Positions 32,421 through 43,938 of a stretch of DNA of 64,000 bases are shown here, one piece after another; the stretch's first letter is position 1; every line of letters begins with the position of its first letter. The notes under the pieces were generated by a model. It saw nothing but the letters and a program-made list of their open reading frames with translations. It was not told the origin of the DNA and ran no database searches. Made by a program: the position numbers and the translations under genes. The stretch is from an uncultured Gemmataceae bacterium (GTDB taxonomy: Bacteria > Planctomycetota > Planctomycetia > Gemmatales > Gemmataceae), in NCBI GenBank assembly GCA_963750165.1, contig CAVVPN010000003.1, positions 1,952,001 to 2,016,000 on the forward strand. The letters run 5' to 3'.

Positions 32421-35400
32421 TTAGCCGAGCACGACTCGCACGTCGTGCGCCTGCGCGTCGTCCCGCAGCAGCACCCTGCTGCCCGGCTCCGGCTGCCCGT
32501 CCACCGTGACCGACTGGACGTGGCAGCCGGCACCAGTTGGCTTGTCCACCCGTATTCGATACGTCGCTGACCGGTGGCGGTAGGTAACCTCATACCCCGG
32601 CCAGCCCGCGGGGACGCACGGCTCGATGCGGAGCGTGTCCCCCGCCGGGCGGAGTCCGAGGATCGCCTCCAGGGCGACCCGATACATCCAGCCCGCCGAG
32701 CCGGTGTACCACGTCCAGCCCCCGCGGCCGGTGTGCGGCGGAGCGCCGTAGACATCGCCACAGACGACGTATGGCTCGACCTTGTAATGCTCCACTTCCG
32801 CCGGCGTGGTGGCGTGGTGGACTGGGTTGATCAGGTTCCACAGCTCCAGCGCCCGGTCGCCGCGCCCTTGCAGTGCCGTTGCCAGCACGACCCAGGTGGC
32901 GGCGTGCGTGTACTGGCCACCGTTCTCCCGGATGCCCGGCACGTAGCCCTTGATGTAGCCTGGCTGGAGCACCCCCTTGTCGAAGGGCGGCTCGAATAGC
33001 TGGATGAGTTTGCTGTCGGTGTGAACCAGGTGGTCTTCGACAGCAGCCATGGCCTGACTCGATCGCGCCGGGTCCGCGGCGCCGGAGATCACCGCCCAGG
33101 CCTGGGGGATGGCGGTGATCTGGCACTCGTCGTTCTGGGCTGAGCCGAGAGGCGTGCCGTCGTCGAAGTACGCGCGGCGATACCATCCGCCGTCCCAGGC
33201 ATGCGCCTCCAGCGCGGCCCGCAGGGCCTCGGCCCGGTCTCGGCACCAGGCCGCACGCGCCGCGTCGCCGCGCGCCGTGGCCAATTCCGAGAATGCCTTC
33301 AGCACCGTGATGAAGAACCAGCCGTTCCAAACGCTCTCGCCCTTGCCGGCGACGCCGACCTTGTTCATGCCATCGTCCCAGTCCCCGGTGCCCATCAGGG
33401 GCAGGCCGTGCGACCCGAGCTGGTAGCCGTGCTCCAGCGCGCGGACGCAATGCTCGTAGACGGTCCCCGTTTGCTCGCTGACCGCCGGCAGGCCGTAGTC
33501 ATCCTCCTGGTCGGGCCGGAGCACGGGGGACTTCAAGAACGCCACGCGCTCCTCGATCAGTGCCGTGTCGCCTGTCGCGGTGACGTAGTGGTGAACCGCC
33601 AGCGGCAGGAAGTACAGGTCGTCGGTGATGCGGGTACGCACGCCGCGGCCGGACGGCGGGTGCCACCAATGTTGCACGTCACCCTCCTCGAACTGCCGTG
33701 CGGCCGAGCGCAGGATCTGCGCCCGCGTCTCCTGCGGGGCGCTGGTGACAAGGGCCATGACGTCCTGGAGCTGGTCGCGAAAGCCGTAGGCGCCGCTGGA
33801 CTGGTAGAAGGCCGACCGCCCCCAGACCCGGCAGGCCAGCACCTGGTAGGGCAGCCAGCGGTTGAGCATCAGGTCCAGCGCAGGGTCGGGTGTCCGCACC
33901 TGGACGGCCCCCAGGATTTGGTCCCACAGGCCCTCAACCGCCAGCAACGCCTCTCCGGCCTTGCCTGGGATGGTATAGGTCGTGACCAGGTGGCGCACCT
34001 GGTCCATCGTGTCTGCCTGTCCCAGGACGAAGACAACTTCCTCCGCCTGGCCAGGTGCCAGTGTGAGCAGCGTCATCAGTGCGGCACAGGGGTCGAGCAG
34101 CGGCCCAGCGCGACCGGACAGGCCGGAGCGCTTGAGGCCCGCGGGAGCGGACGGCGAGCCGTTCCGGCCCAGGAATTCAGTCCGGTCGGCGGTAGCGGAG
34201 TGCGGCCGCGGGCCGACGCCGGCGAACGCGACCCGGCCGGCAAAGTCACCCGCCCAGGCGCTGCGGGCAAGGACGGCGCCGATTCCCGCGTCGTACTCGC
34301 ACACGACTTGCAAAGGGGCGTTGTTCCGGACGGTGCCCAGCACCCATTCGGCGTAGAAAGTCGCCGACAGCCGCCGGGGGCGGTCGCCGTTATTGCGCAC
34401 GCTCAGGCGCACCAGCTTCACCGGGTCGTCGGGCGGCACCAACACCAGCAGCTCCAGCTCCAGCCCGTGGCTGTGGCGGGCGTAGCGAGTGTAACCCTGA
34501 CCGTGTCGAACGCACACCGGCGAGCCGGTGCCGGCCGGCAGTGGGGTCGGCGACCAGAACTCGCCACTCTCCTCGTCGCGCAGGTAGACCGCCTCGGCGG
34601 GCGGGTCGGAGACCGGGTCGTTGTTCCAGGGAGTCAGGCGGTTCAGCTGGCTGTTGCCCGCCCAGGAGCAGCCCAGGCCGGCCTCCGTCACCAGACAGCC
34701 GAAGCCGGGATTGGCGAGTACGTTGGCCCACGGTGCCGGCGGCAGGGCCGGGCCGCGGGAGGTCGCGCCGTCGATCACGATCACGTACTCACGGCCGACC
34801 GGCGTGAAGCCGCCGAGGCCGTTCCAGAACAACAGGTCTTCGGGCGGAGAGGCCGCCGGGCACCCGATTTCCGGGGTCGCGGATTGCGCGGTCACGGCCA
34901 GCGGCGGCGGCAGCGAAATCGGTTCCGGCCAGCGCATGAGCTGGTCGGCCAACGTGCCGCGGCCACCGCCGAGGACCGCCCGAGCCGCAGCGGTAAGCAG
35001 CACGGCTTCGTCCTTGGAAACCTTTGCTGTGGCCAGGATGAACAGTCCGCCGGCCTTGCCGAGCAAGGGTCCCCCGCAGCCGGCCTGGAGGTCGGCCTTG
35101 AGCCGAGCGACGGCATCGCCGGCGGCGCTCATCCAGGATGACCAGGTCCAGGTCCAGGCCACGGCGGCGCGCGTAGGCGTGCCAGCGCACGAGGTGGTGG
35201 ACCAGGGGTTCGTCGCCGGCGGTGGCGACGAGCGCCAGCACGATGGGGCGGTCGCCGGATATGGCGTGCCGCCACAAGCCCGACTGCCCCAGCCGGTTGG
35301 CAGCGACGGCGTCTGGCCGGCGCAGCGCGGGTCCGGTGAAGATCACGGCCCCTGCCAGGCGATTGAAGAGGGCGACATCGTTCGTTGTCAGACCCAGCTC

Positions 35401-36333
35401 CCGCAACTCCTTACGCCCCCACTCGCGGGCGCGGTCGAATGCACGGTCTGCGGCGTCCAGCTCCCGAAAGTGCTCGGTCAAGGCGGTCGCCGCTTCGCGC
35501 GTCTCCACCGCCCCTGTGACGAACGCGACGCGCGCCGTACCCCGTGGGGCGAGGCGGACGCGCCGCCGCAGGCTAAAGACTGGATCGAGCACTGGGCCGG
35601 TTGTGCCGGACAGGCAGGACCCCGTGTCCAGTGCCGCGGGGTTGGCCGAGGTCCGACCGCGGCCCAGGAAGCGGGCCCGGTCGGTCTCGTACTCCACCGA
35701 TCCGTTGACTGAGCCGTCCGCCGCCGAAACGTGGATCGCCCAGACAGGCTTTTCATCAGCGTCCCGCGGCCGGCGGCGAGCACTCAGAGCACCTGGGCCA
35801 TTCAGGAACTCCGTCTCCAGGAACAGCTTTGCAAAAGCCGGCGCGGCCTGATCCGTGCGGCGGTTGTTCAGACACACCTCCGCATAGCTGGTCAGATCGA
35901 ACTCCCGGGGCCGGGCATCGTGGTTGACCAGCGTGACCAGGCGCACTTCCGCGTCCTGGTCCGGTGCAACGCAGATGGCCAGACGGGTCTCGATATCGGC
36001 GTCCCGGCGGCGGAACTCGGCCCGGTCGGCGTGGAACGCGACTTCGTATCCATCGACCGACCGGCACAGGGGTTGGTGCCCGATCGACCAAAGCGTACCG
36101 TCGCTGAGATCGCGGACGCAGGCGAATTGCCCCCAGCAGTCGCGGGTCGCGTCCTCCCGCCACCGCGTCACGTCCAGGTCTCGCCAGGAGCTGGTCCCTG
36201 CCCCGGAGGCGGTGATCATGACGCTATACCGCCCGTTGGACAGGAGAGCAACTTGGGGCACCGGCGTGTCGGCTTTCGGACTGCCCACCCTCTGTGTCGG
36301 GAAGGCTCGGCGGCTGGGTTTGTCGGTAATCAC
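32421..36333 (-). CDS. GH94 glycoside phosphorylase (resembles the C-terminal part of cyclic beta-1,2-glucan synthase), frameshift at ~35125
   Basis: LLSNGRY, TRWRED, FYQSSGAYGFRDQLQD, GTGDWDDGMN, RENGGQYTH and GGWTWYTGSA motifs across two frames. Confidence 0.88.
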
Positions 36334-38024
36334 GGTGTTTCCTTCACATTCGTCTTGGCCGGGGCCTTCACTTGCTGCGTTCCCATCGTCAAAGCCTTGT
36401 TGACGATGGCCTGGGCTTCCTCGGTGATGCGGCGCAGATGATCCGCTCCCCGGAAGCTCTCCGCATAGATCTTGTAGATACTCTCGGTCCCTGACGGACG
36501 GGCCGCGAACCAGCCGCTCTCGGCTATGACTTTCAACCCACCGATCGGGGCGCCGTTGCCCGGCGCGTGGGTGAGGACTGTCTGGATTTTTTCGCCCGCC
36601 AACTCGGTGCTCTTGACCTGATGGGGCGAGAGTTTCGCCAACAGTTCCTTTTGCTCCGGCGTGGCCGGCGCCTGAACGCGGTCATAGAAAGGCTCACCGA
36701 ACTCGCGCGTGAGGTCGCGGTAGATCTCGCCGAGATCGCTGCCCATCCGGGCTGTGATCTCCGCCGACAGCAAGGCCGGGACAATGCCGTCCTTGTCCGT
36801 CGTCCAGACGCTCCCATCCAGACGGACGAAAGACGCTCCCGCGCTCTCCTCTCCGCCAAAGCCAAGCGAGCCGTCAAGCAAGCCAGGAACGAACCATTTG
36901 AAGCCGACCGGCACCTCGTAGAGCTTTCGGCCAAGCTTGGCGGTCACGCGATCGATCATCTGGGTGCTCACGAGCGTCTTGCCAACCGCAGCATCCTTGC
37001 GCCATTTCGGCCGGTGCTGGAAGAGGTAGAAGATGGCGACCGAAAGGTAGTGATTGGGCGGAAGCAAGCCCGCGCTCCTGGTGACAATGCCGTGCCGGTC
37101 ATGGTCGGTATCGCAGGCAAAGGCGATCTCGAATTTGTCCTTTAGGCCGATCAACCTCTGCATCGCATAGGGTGAAGACGGATCCATGCGGATCTGGCCA
37201 TCCCAATCGACCGTCATGAAGCGGAAGGTCGGATCGACGGCCTTGTTGACGACCGTGAGGTCCAGCCCATAGCGCTCGGCAATCGGCTCCCAGTAGTGGA
37301 CGCCAGCTCCGCCGAGCGGATCGACCCCCAGGTGGATCTTGGCGCCGCGAATAATCTCCATGTCGATCACATTGCCGAGGTCTTTGGTGTAGGCGTCGAG
37401 GTAGTTGTGCCGGTGAGTTGTGGAGGCCCGAAGTGCTTTTTCGTACGGAATCCTGTTAACGCCGCGCAGGCCACTTGCGAGAAACTCGTTCGCCCTCACC
37501 TCGATCCAGCCAGTGACGGCTAGCTCCGCCGGGCCGCCGTGTGGGGGATTGTATTTGAAGCCGCCGTCATGGGGCGGATTATGCGAAGGCGTGATCACGA
37601 TGCCATCGGCAAGACCTGTCTTCCGCCCGCGGTTGTACGTCAGAATCGCGTGGGAAACGGCAGGGGTCGGGGTATACTCGTCTCCCTCCGCGATCATGAC
37701 TTCCACGCCGTTGGCAGCCAGTACTTCCAACGCGCTGGCATCAGCCGGCACCGAGAGTGCATGCGTATCCATGCCGAGGAACAACGGGCCGTTGATCTTC
37801 TGCTGCGCCCGGTACTGGCAGATGGCCTGACTGATGGCCAGTATATGCCACTCGTTGAAAGCCTTGTCGAACGCGGAACCGCGGTGCCCGGATGTGCCAA
37901 ACGTGACCCGTTGCGCTGGCACCGAAGGATCAGGCCTCTCGGTGTAATAGGCCGTGACCAGTTTGGGCACCTTGACGAGCATCGATGGCTCCGCCGGCTT
38001 TCCCGCAAACGGGCTCACTTTCAT
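36330..38024 (-). CDS. pgm: phosphoglucomutase (alpha-D-glucose phosphate-specific)
   Basis: FGTSGHRG, TPSHNPP, DTDHDRH and GGEESAG motifs. Confidence 0.96.
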   Translation of the reverse strand: MKVSPFAGKPAEPSMLVKVPKLVTAYYTERPDPSVPAQRVTFGTSGHRGSAFDKAFNEWHILAISQAICQYRAQQKINGPLFLGMDTHALSVPADASALEVLAANGVEVMIAEGDEYTPTPAVSHAILTYNRGRKTGLADGIVITPSHNPPHDGGFKYNPPHGGPAELAVTGWIEVRANEFLASGLRGVNRIPYEKALRASTTHRHNYLDAYTKDLGNVIDMEIIRGAKIHLGVDPLGGAGVHYWEPIAERYGLDLTVVNKAVDPTFRFMTVDWDGQIRMDPSSPYAMQRLIGLKDKFEIAFACDTDHDRHGIVTRSAGLLPPNHYLSVAIFYLFQHRPKWRKDAAVGKTLVSTQMIDRVTAKLGRKLYEVPVGFKWFVPGLLDGSLGFGGEESAGASFVRLDGSVWTTDKDGIVPALLSAEITARMGSDLGEIYRDLTREFGEPFYDRVQAPATPEQKELLAKLSPHQVKSTELAGEKIQTVLTHAPGNGAPIGGLKVIAESGWFAARPSGTESIYKIYAESFRGADHLRRITEEAQAIVNKALTMGTQQVKAPAKTNVKETP

Positions 38025-38117
38025 GGCATTTCCCTCCCTCGCCGTGACGACATTTTCGCCAAGCTCTCCCTCAGCGTGCCGAACGGCTTGTTTTGTTTCT
38101 CGACGCCTTCGTCCGCA

Positions 38118-38294
38118 CTACGTCAGGCAGATCCAAAGGAGCATTGCGGTGCCAATCAACATCACCCCCACCACCACATACCAGGCGGGGTGAAGGGAGC
38201 CGAGGCGCCTCCCCGGTTCGGAGAGCGCGTGCTCCTCTTTCTTGTGCTCGCGCTTTTGTCGATGGGAGAGATCATGTTCGCGGTGGTGGTCCAT
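38118..38294 (-). CDS. small His-rich single-TM protein
   Basis: AGGAG RBS; MDHHREH...HPAWYVVVGVMLIGTAMLLW. Confidence 0.6.
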   Translation of the reverse strand: MDHHREHDLSHRQKREHKKEEHALSEPGRRLGSLHPAWYVVVGVMLIGTAMLLWICLT

Positions 38295-38398
38295 GTCGTC
38301 TCCTGATTGCTGGCGTTCCTGGGAAACCGCCGTTGCCCGTAACGGGGGGAAGACGGGCCGGTACTCGTTGCGGCCGAGCCGCCTGGCCTGCCTGGCGA

Positions 38399-38842
38399 TC
38401 AGCGCAGCGCTTTGAGCAGGTCTTGCAACTGGTCGAAGGCGCGGGCGATATCTCGCAGCGCCTGCTTCTTGTTCCCCTCGAAATCGCTCCTGGCCGTTTC
38501 CAGCTCGCGCCTGGCCTCCCGCAGATCCTCCAGCGCTGCCCGGATGTTGGGATTGTCCTTCCACTTCTTGTAGAAGTCCTTGTCGCGCCGGATCGGGGAC
38601 GGGTCATCGACCCCGACGGCGAGGATCAGCCGGACGGACCGTACGGCATCGTCGATGGCGGAGAGGGATTTCTCTTTCCTGCCGCCGAGGTCGTCCTTGA
38701 GGCCGCTCACCACCTTACGGGCCTGCCGCAGTTCGTACAGCGCGGCGTGCATTTTCGGGTGCTGGATCTTTTTCTGCGCCTGCGAGGGCGCGGCCATCAC
38801 GGCCAGGGCGAGGACGGGAAGAACAAGGAGCTTGCGGAACAT
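38399..38842 (-). CDS. exported helical protein with two internal repeats
   Basis: Signal peptide; HPKMHAALYELRQAR / NPNIRAALEDLREAR repeats. Confidence 0.7.
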   Translation of the reverse strand: MFRKLLVLPVLALAVMAAPSQAQKKIQHPKMHAALYELRQARKVVSGLKDDLGGRKEKSLSAIDDAVRSVRLILAVGVDDPSPIRRDKDFYKKWKDNPNIRAALEDLREARRELETARSDFEGNKKQALRDIARAFDQLQDLLKALR

Positions 38843-38999
38843 CGAGGACTCCCGACGAATGACGGGCGTGGCCTCACGGCCGCGCTTTCTGTACTATTTG
38901 ACTGACGCAATAGGCTTAATTGTCCGGCCAGTCCTGGCCGAGTGGGCTCGCTGGCTGGCTGTGATCGCGGCGGGCAGTACCACGGTTGCGGCAGGCTTC

Positions 39000-40397
39000 T
39001 CATCCGGCCCCCTCCTTGGGCCTGGGGTTATGCCAGAAACCGTCTGCCGCGATCAGGTCGTCCGCCTCTTTCGGCCCCCAACTGCCTTTCGGATAGGGGC
39101 GGGTCAAGTGGTGGGTCTTCAGGACTGGCTCGACCACCGCCCAGGCGGCCTCAACCGCGTCCTCACGAGTGAAGAGCGCTCCGTCGCCGGCCATGGCATC
39201 GCCCAGGAGTCGCTCGTAGGGTGATTCCTCGCCGTGTTGTTCTTCGACCAGGTAGAGTTCTCGCTGGTCGCCAACGAACTCCTTCCCTGCGCGCTTGACG
39301 CGAGCGGCAAGGGCGACGGCGGAACTGGGAGCGAGCCGGAATCGCAGATAGTTGGCCAGCCCGGTCGCCGGCGCTGAGTCGGCGAAAAGCTTCTGTGGCG
39401 GAGGCTTCAACTCCACCAAGACCTCGTGCGCTGTTTCGGCCAGGCATTTGCCGGAGCGCAGATACCAGGGCACTCCCTCCCATCGCCACGAGTCGATGAA
39501 GAGCCGCAGGGCGCAGAACGTCTCGACGTCGGAGTCCTTCGCCACGTTTGGTTCCTTCCGGTAGTCGGTATACTGGCCGCGCACCACGTCATCGGGCATT
39601 AGCGGGCGCATGGCCTGGAAGATCCTGGCTTTCTCCCCATGCACGGCTCCAAAACCCCTATAGGCCGGCGGCTCCATGGCCAGCAGTGCGACGACCTGGA
39701 AGAGGTGGTTCTCGATCACGTCACGCAGACAGCCGGCGGTTTCGTAAAACGCGCCGCGGTTCTCCACGCCGAAGTTCTCGGACAGGGTTATCTGCACGCA
39801 GGCCACGTAGTTGCGGTTCCAGATCGGCTCCAGGAACGAGTTGGCGAAACGGAAATAGAGGATGTTCATGATCGCTTCCTTCCCGAGGAAGTGATCGATG
39901 CGGAAGATCGAGTCTTCCGGGAACACCGACCGCGCGACGCGGTTGAGTTCACGCGCCGAGGCCAGGTCGCGGCCGAAAGGCTTTTCGACGATGACTCTCG
40001 CATGGTCGGCCAAGTCCGCGGCGCCGAGCCCGGTGATCACCGTCGCGAAGAGCGCGGGCGGAATGGCGAGATAGTGTGCCGGGCGTCGAGCGCGCCCCAG
40101 TGTCTCTTTGATCTTCGTGAACGTGCCCTGGTCCTTATAATCCCCGCTCACATAGCTGAGCAGGGACAGAAGCTGGTCGAAGGCACGTCGGTCATCGATG
40201 CCGGCCGATCGCGTTATGCTGTCCTGTACGCGGTCGCGCAACTGCGCAAGGCTCCACTTCGGTGAGGCGACGCCGATGACCGGGACCTTCAGCGCGTCCC
40301 GTTTCACCATTGCATAGAGAGCCGGGAAGATCATCTTGTGGGCGAGATCGCCCGTCGCACCGAAGAGCACCAGAGCGTCCGAATGGGAGGCGGTCAT
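39000..40397 (-). CDS. zwf: glucose-6-phosphate 1-dehydrogenase
   Basis: [22 protein letters not shown] and RWEGVP motifs. Confidence 0.95.
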   Translation of the reverse strand: MTASHSDALVLFGATGDLAHKMIFPALYAMVKRDALKVPVIGVASPKWSLAQLRDRVQDSITRSAGIDDRRAFDQLLSLLSYVSGDYKDQGTFTKIKETLGRARRPAHYLAIPPALFATVITGLGAADLADHARVIVEKPFGRDLASARELNRVARSVFPEDSIFRIDHFLGKEAIMNILYFRFANSFLEPIWNRNYVACVQITLSENFGVENRGAFYETAGCLRDVIENHLFQVVALLAMEPPAYRGFGAVHGEKARIFQAMRPLMPDDVVRGQYTDYRKEPNVAKDSDVETFCALRLFIDSWRWEGVPWYLRSGKCLAETAHEVLVELKPPPQKLFADSAPATGLANYLRFRLAPSSAVALAARVKRAGKEFVGDQRELYLVEEQHGEESPYERLLGDAMAGDGALFTREDAVEAAWAVVEPVLKTHHLTRPYPKGSWGPKEADDLIAADGFWHNPRPKEGAG

Positions 40398-40699
40398 CGG
40401 GCATCTCCTTTTGGGGCAGCAGCCTTTTCCTCGTGGCCTTTCAAGGTAAACCCTCCGTGGTCCGCGGCGATGCCCACGCGCATCATGGGATGAAACTCGC
40501 CTTCCCGCAGCGGGGCCCCGGGGTCGAACCCTGCCATCGCCTGCTCGACGGTGGGACTGTACTCGGGCTGGCACGTCCATTCGCGTAAGAGCGGGTGCCA
40601 GTACCAGTGCTCGCCTGCGTTCCCTGTCAGCATCCAGACGAACCCCTGTTCTGACTGAACGAGGTTGTACGGGCCGCTCTGCCTGACCTGCGTCTCCAT
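40394..40699 (-). pseudogene. chimeric remnant: RpiB N-terminus joined to probable Gnd C-terminus
   Basis: [15 protein letters not shown] followed directly by [14 protein letters not shown], with ATGA overlap into zwf. Confidence 0.7.
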
Positions 40700-40726
40700 G
40701 TGACTTCTCCTGCTCCTGGAAGACGA

Positions 40727-42175
40727 TCAACGACGAGCCAGGGCATGCTCGTGATGGGCTTCGTTTCCTCTGTCGATACACAGCTCATCCAGACCGGGCT
40801 CCGCGGCACCGTGCGCGTCCAGCCAGCCACCTGAAAATCCTGCCCGACACAGCCCGCGAACAAGGTAAGGACATTGCCGCATGAGACGCCACAGCAAGCC
40901 CGAACGGTAGTTCTCGATCATCAGAACGATAGGCCCCTGATTGAGGCCCAGGTGCCAGGGGGACACCCAGCCCGGCGCATCCGCGGACTCGCTCGGGAAG
41001 GTCGGATTGAAGGTGGCCTTGTAGCCGTACGTGTTGGCCACCCGCAGGTTCAGGTTGTCAAAATACTGGAGGGTCGGCAGCACGATCTCCGGCGCAAAGG
41101 GGAGCGAGGCGACAACGCCCCAGGGCGCTATGGTGCCGTCGTCGGGGCCGTCGGGTACGCCACGCGCCAGGTAGCCGAAGAAGTGCCTCTCTCTGCCTTT
41201 GATGTTCCGGGTCACCCAGCCGGGGCCATCGCAGGCTGTGATTCCCCAGCAGTTTTCACCATACGCGCTGAATTGGCCCGGATTGCGGATGGCGTATTGC
41301 TGCTGCACGTAAGTCGCCCGGCGGCTGTTTTCAAAGTAATCGATGCCCTTGCCGCGCATGTACCCGTCCTGAATCCTCCGAAAGTCAACCCACAAGTGGG
41401 AAACCTGATGGGTAAAGAGCGGGCCGGAATGCAACAACTCGTGGTCGTAGACCTTCTTCCACTGGTAGGACGCGGTCCAGGCGGCGTAGCTTTCCTCGGG
41501 TAGCGGGTGAGTCGGCGAACCCAGGCCGAGCAAGTAGAGGAACAGCGCCTCGTCATAGCCCTGCCACCGGTACGGCAGAAAGCCGCTCTCCGGCTTCCAA
41601 CCGTGCGTGATGGTCGCCCCGCCGTCCTGGGCCCACTGCCAGTCGGCGCGCCGGTACAGTTCGTCGGCCAGTGTGCGGATTTCGCGCTCGTCCGCCGATT
41701 CGTTGGCGAAATAGGCAGCCGCGAGCAGCATGCCCGCGAGCAGAAAGGCCGAATCGACGGTGGACAATTCGCAGTTCCAAACACGCCTTCCGGTCTTCAT
41801 GTCGAGAAAGTGATAATAAAAGCCCTTGTAGCCCGTTGCCTCCGCTCCCTTGCCCTGCGAACTATTCCGGAAAAACCGCAAGGTCGTGAGCGTTCGTTCA
41901 ACGGCCTCCGCGCGGGTGATGAAACCGCGCTCCACACCAACCGGGTAGGCCGACAGGGCCAACCCGATTGCAGCGATGCTGGCGGGCGTGCCCTCCTGGG
42001 TTTTGTCCACAACCAGCCCGTTGAGAGGATTGACCTCGTAAACGAAATAGTCGAAGGTTTGGCGCTGGAGTGCGTCCAGCGGCTCCGAAGGTAGCCTGCG
42101 CTGGTTCATGTACAGGGGCCTCTCGGTTTGGGCCGCATCGAATCCCTGATCCACTGTTGCAATTCCTGTGCCCAT
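40727..42175 (-). CDS. GH144 / glucoamylase-like family protein (putative beta-1,2-glucanase)
   Basis: [28 protein letters not shown] and GLNQGP motifs. Confidence 0.8.
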   Translation of the reverse strand: MGTGIATVDQGFDAAQTERPLYMNQRRLPSEPLDALQRQTFDYFVYEVNPLNGLVVDKTQEGTPASIAAIGLALSAYPVGVERGFITRAEAVERTLTTLRFFRNSSQGKGAEATGYKGFYYHFLDMKTGRRVWNCELSTVDSAFLLAGMLLAAAYFANESADEREIRTLADELYRRADWQWAQDGGATITHGWKPESGFLPYRWQGYDEALFLYLLGLGSPTHPLPEESYAAWTASYQWKKVYDHELLHSGPLFTHQVSHLWVDFRRIQDGYMRGKGIDYFENSRRATYVQQQYAIRNPGQFSAYGENCWGITACDGPGWVTRNIKGRERHFFGYLARGVPDGPDDGTIAPWGVVASLPFAPEIVLPTLQYFDNLNLRVANTYGYKATFNPTFPSESADAPGWVSPWHLGLNQGPIVLMIENYRSGLLWRLMRQCPYLVRGLCRAGFSGGWLDAHGAAEPGLDELCIDRGNEAHHEHALARR

Positions 42176-42213
42176 CTCGATCTCCCGTTTCAGAGTGGCA
42201 CAGCTGGGCTTGC

Positions 42214-42780
42214 TCAGGGCAATGGGACGAAGACGCTGCCGGTGCCGCTATCACCTGCCAGTTCGTACGTCCGGTGCCGGGTGTGATGGTGTTCCGGTTG
42301 TTCCGCGACGCGGCGCAAGATGGCGACGGCTTCGTCGTAGCGGTCGCCGGCCTGGACTGTCACCAGGGAGTGGCCCGAGTGAAACTGCTGCTCGCAGTGA
42401 CGAGCCTCTGCCTCCGGAACGTTCAGGCCGATCAAGGCGCCGAGGATCCCTCCGCTCGCCCCACCCGTCACCGCCCCACCCAGGGCCCAGGCCAGCAGTC
42501 CGCCCACGATCACTGGGCCTGCTACCGGGAGGACGACCGCGGCCACCCCCAGTCCCAGGGCAGCACCGAGAACCCCACCGACGGTGGCCCCAACGGCCGC
42601 GTCCTTCCCCGCCTCTGTGCCCGACTCCACCGGAGGAGCCTCCTTCGTTGCCGGATCTTCCGCAATGAACCCGATCTGGTCGGACGCGAATCCGCTACTC
42701 CGCAACTCCTCGATGGCCTGCTCGGCGTGCGAGAAGTCCGTGAAGACGCCCACCGCCGTGTCTCGATCCGTTGTAGCCAT
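42214..42780 (-). CDS. general stress protein (YflT/17M-like, glycine zipper)
   Basis: AVGVF..AEQAIEEL..GF..DQI, Gly-zipper TM region, GLNVPEAEA. Confidence 0.8.
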   Translation of the reverse strand: MATTDRDTAVGVFTDFSHAEQAIEELRSSGFASDQIGFIAEDPATKEAPPVESGTEAGKDAAVGATVGGVLGAALGLGVAAVVLPVAGPVIVGGLLAWALGGAVTGGASGGILGALIGLNVPEAEARHCEQQFHSGHSLVTVQAGDRYDEAVAILRRVAEQPEHHHTRHRTYELAGDSGTGSVFVPLP

Positions 42781-42866
42781 AGATCACCGCCCTTTCTTTC
42801 GTGAGCAAGCTGTGCGGTCGTTGGTATCCCCACAGGGGGAGGCGTCCGGCTGCGAGAACGTGGAAC

Positions 42867-43130
42867 TTACGGGTTTTCCTCCGGCTGAGCTGCCTCTTCG
42901 GAACGGTTTCGATGTTGACGGAGGATCTCTTCGGCGCGGGCCAGGTCCGCGGCCGCGACCCAGACCTCGGCCGAGAAGCCCGGAATGTCGCCGATACCGG
43001 CGTCCAGGTAATCGCCGAGCACCTGACAGCTAATGCCCTCTTGCTCGAGCGCTTGCTGCCAGACGTGGGCCTGAAAGGGTGTCGCGGCCGCGGCAAGGCG
43101 AACAACGTCGTGCTGATCTTTTGGGTTCAT
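42867..43130 (-). CDS. DUF2007 putative signal-transducing protein
   Basis: QAHVWQQALEQEGI..V.G...EVWV...D..RA pattern. Confidence 0.75.
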   Translation of the reverse strand: MNPKDQHDVVRLAAAATPFQAHVWQQALEQEGISCQVLGDYLDAGIGDIPGFSAEVWVAAADLARAEEILRQHRNRSEEAAQPEENP

Positions 43131-43152
43131 GACATCTCCTCGTTCACGCCGA

Positions 43153-43908
43153 TCAAGCCTGTCCAGGAACATCGGGTTTGGTCGCGATTAACCGCTGGAT
43201 CCTGGAAAGTTTGCCGAGTACAAACAAGACATTCGCCAGGGTCTGTTCCTGTCCCTGGCCACCCATCGTTTGCATGATCAGATCGCCTGACCCGAGGCCG
43301 ATGACCCAGTGACGAAAGAGGTCGTCTTGCCGTTTCTGAAAGACCATGTTATCGGTGTCATAACTCTTATCCACGATACCCCCAAAGTATTCATGCGTGA
43401 CCTGCCCCGGCCGAAATCTCCAGAAGCTCATATGGTCAATGACAAAAACGCTGACGAGCCAGGTCACACAAAGCACTGTGGAAGAGAAGAGGTAAAAGCC
43501 AAGGCTCAGGCAAATCGATTGGTTGCCGAGCCAGCTCAGTATTGTTCCCCACCAATCCAGGTGGACGAACAAGAGGGTGAAGAAAGCCAGGCCGGCGAGG
43601 ATTAGTGCCGCTTTCATGCCGCGAACGCGGGCACTCGTAACCACGATCAGCAAGAGGAAAAGCAAGGTGTAAATCACCCCCAGGTCTTTGCTGGGATTGA
43701 ACAACTCCGGCTTGCCGCCGATAATCACCTGTTCAGAGTGCAGCCAGCTCAGCAAAGCCATGACGTACCCCACCACCCAGAGCGGCCACCAGTAGAACAA
43801 CGCGGAATGGCCGTAGACGATCACCTGGAGGACTTTCGCGGGCTGGTCGACTTCCGCCCGATCGGGATGGCTCGAATGGCCGGGTGCCTGCTGTATGTGA
43901 GTGGACAT
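43153..43908 (-). CDS. multi-TM hypothetical protein
   Basis: YGHSALFYWWP...DDLFRHWVIGLGSGDL; AGGAG RBS. Confidence 0.75.
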   Translation of the reverse strand: MSTHIQQAPGHSSHPDRAEVDQPAKVLQVIVYGHSALFYWWPLWVVGYVMALLSWLHSEQVIIGGKPELFNPSKDLGVIYTLLFLLLIVVTSARVRGMKAALILAGLAFFTLLFVHLDWWGTILSWLGNQSICLSLGFYLFSSTVLCVTWLVSVFVIDHMSFWRFRPGQVTHEYFGGIVDKSYDTDNMVFQKRQDDLFRHWVIGLGSGDLIMQTMGGQGQEQTLANVLFVLGKLSRIQRLIATKPDVPGQA

Positions 43909-43938
43909 CGTAAAGATCTCCTGAACATTGGATATGTA

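Noticed and set aside
32294..32761. N-terminal extension of glgP in the ORF track
   Set aside because: Overlaps the GH94 3' end and the pgm repeat; an RBS supports the start at 32293.
40398..40781. N-terminal extension of zwf in the ORF track
   Set aside because: Overlaps upstream ORFs; the AAGGAG RBS supports the start at 40397.
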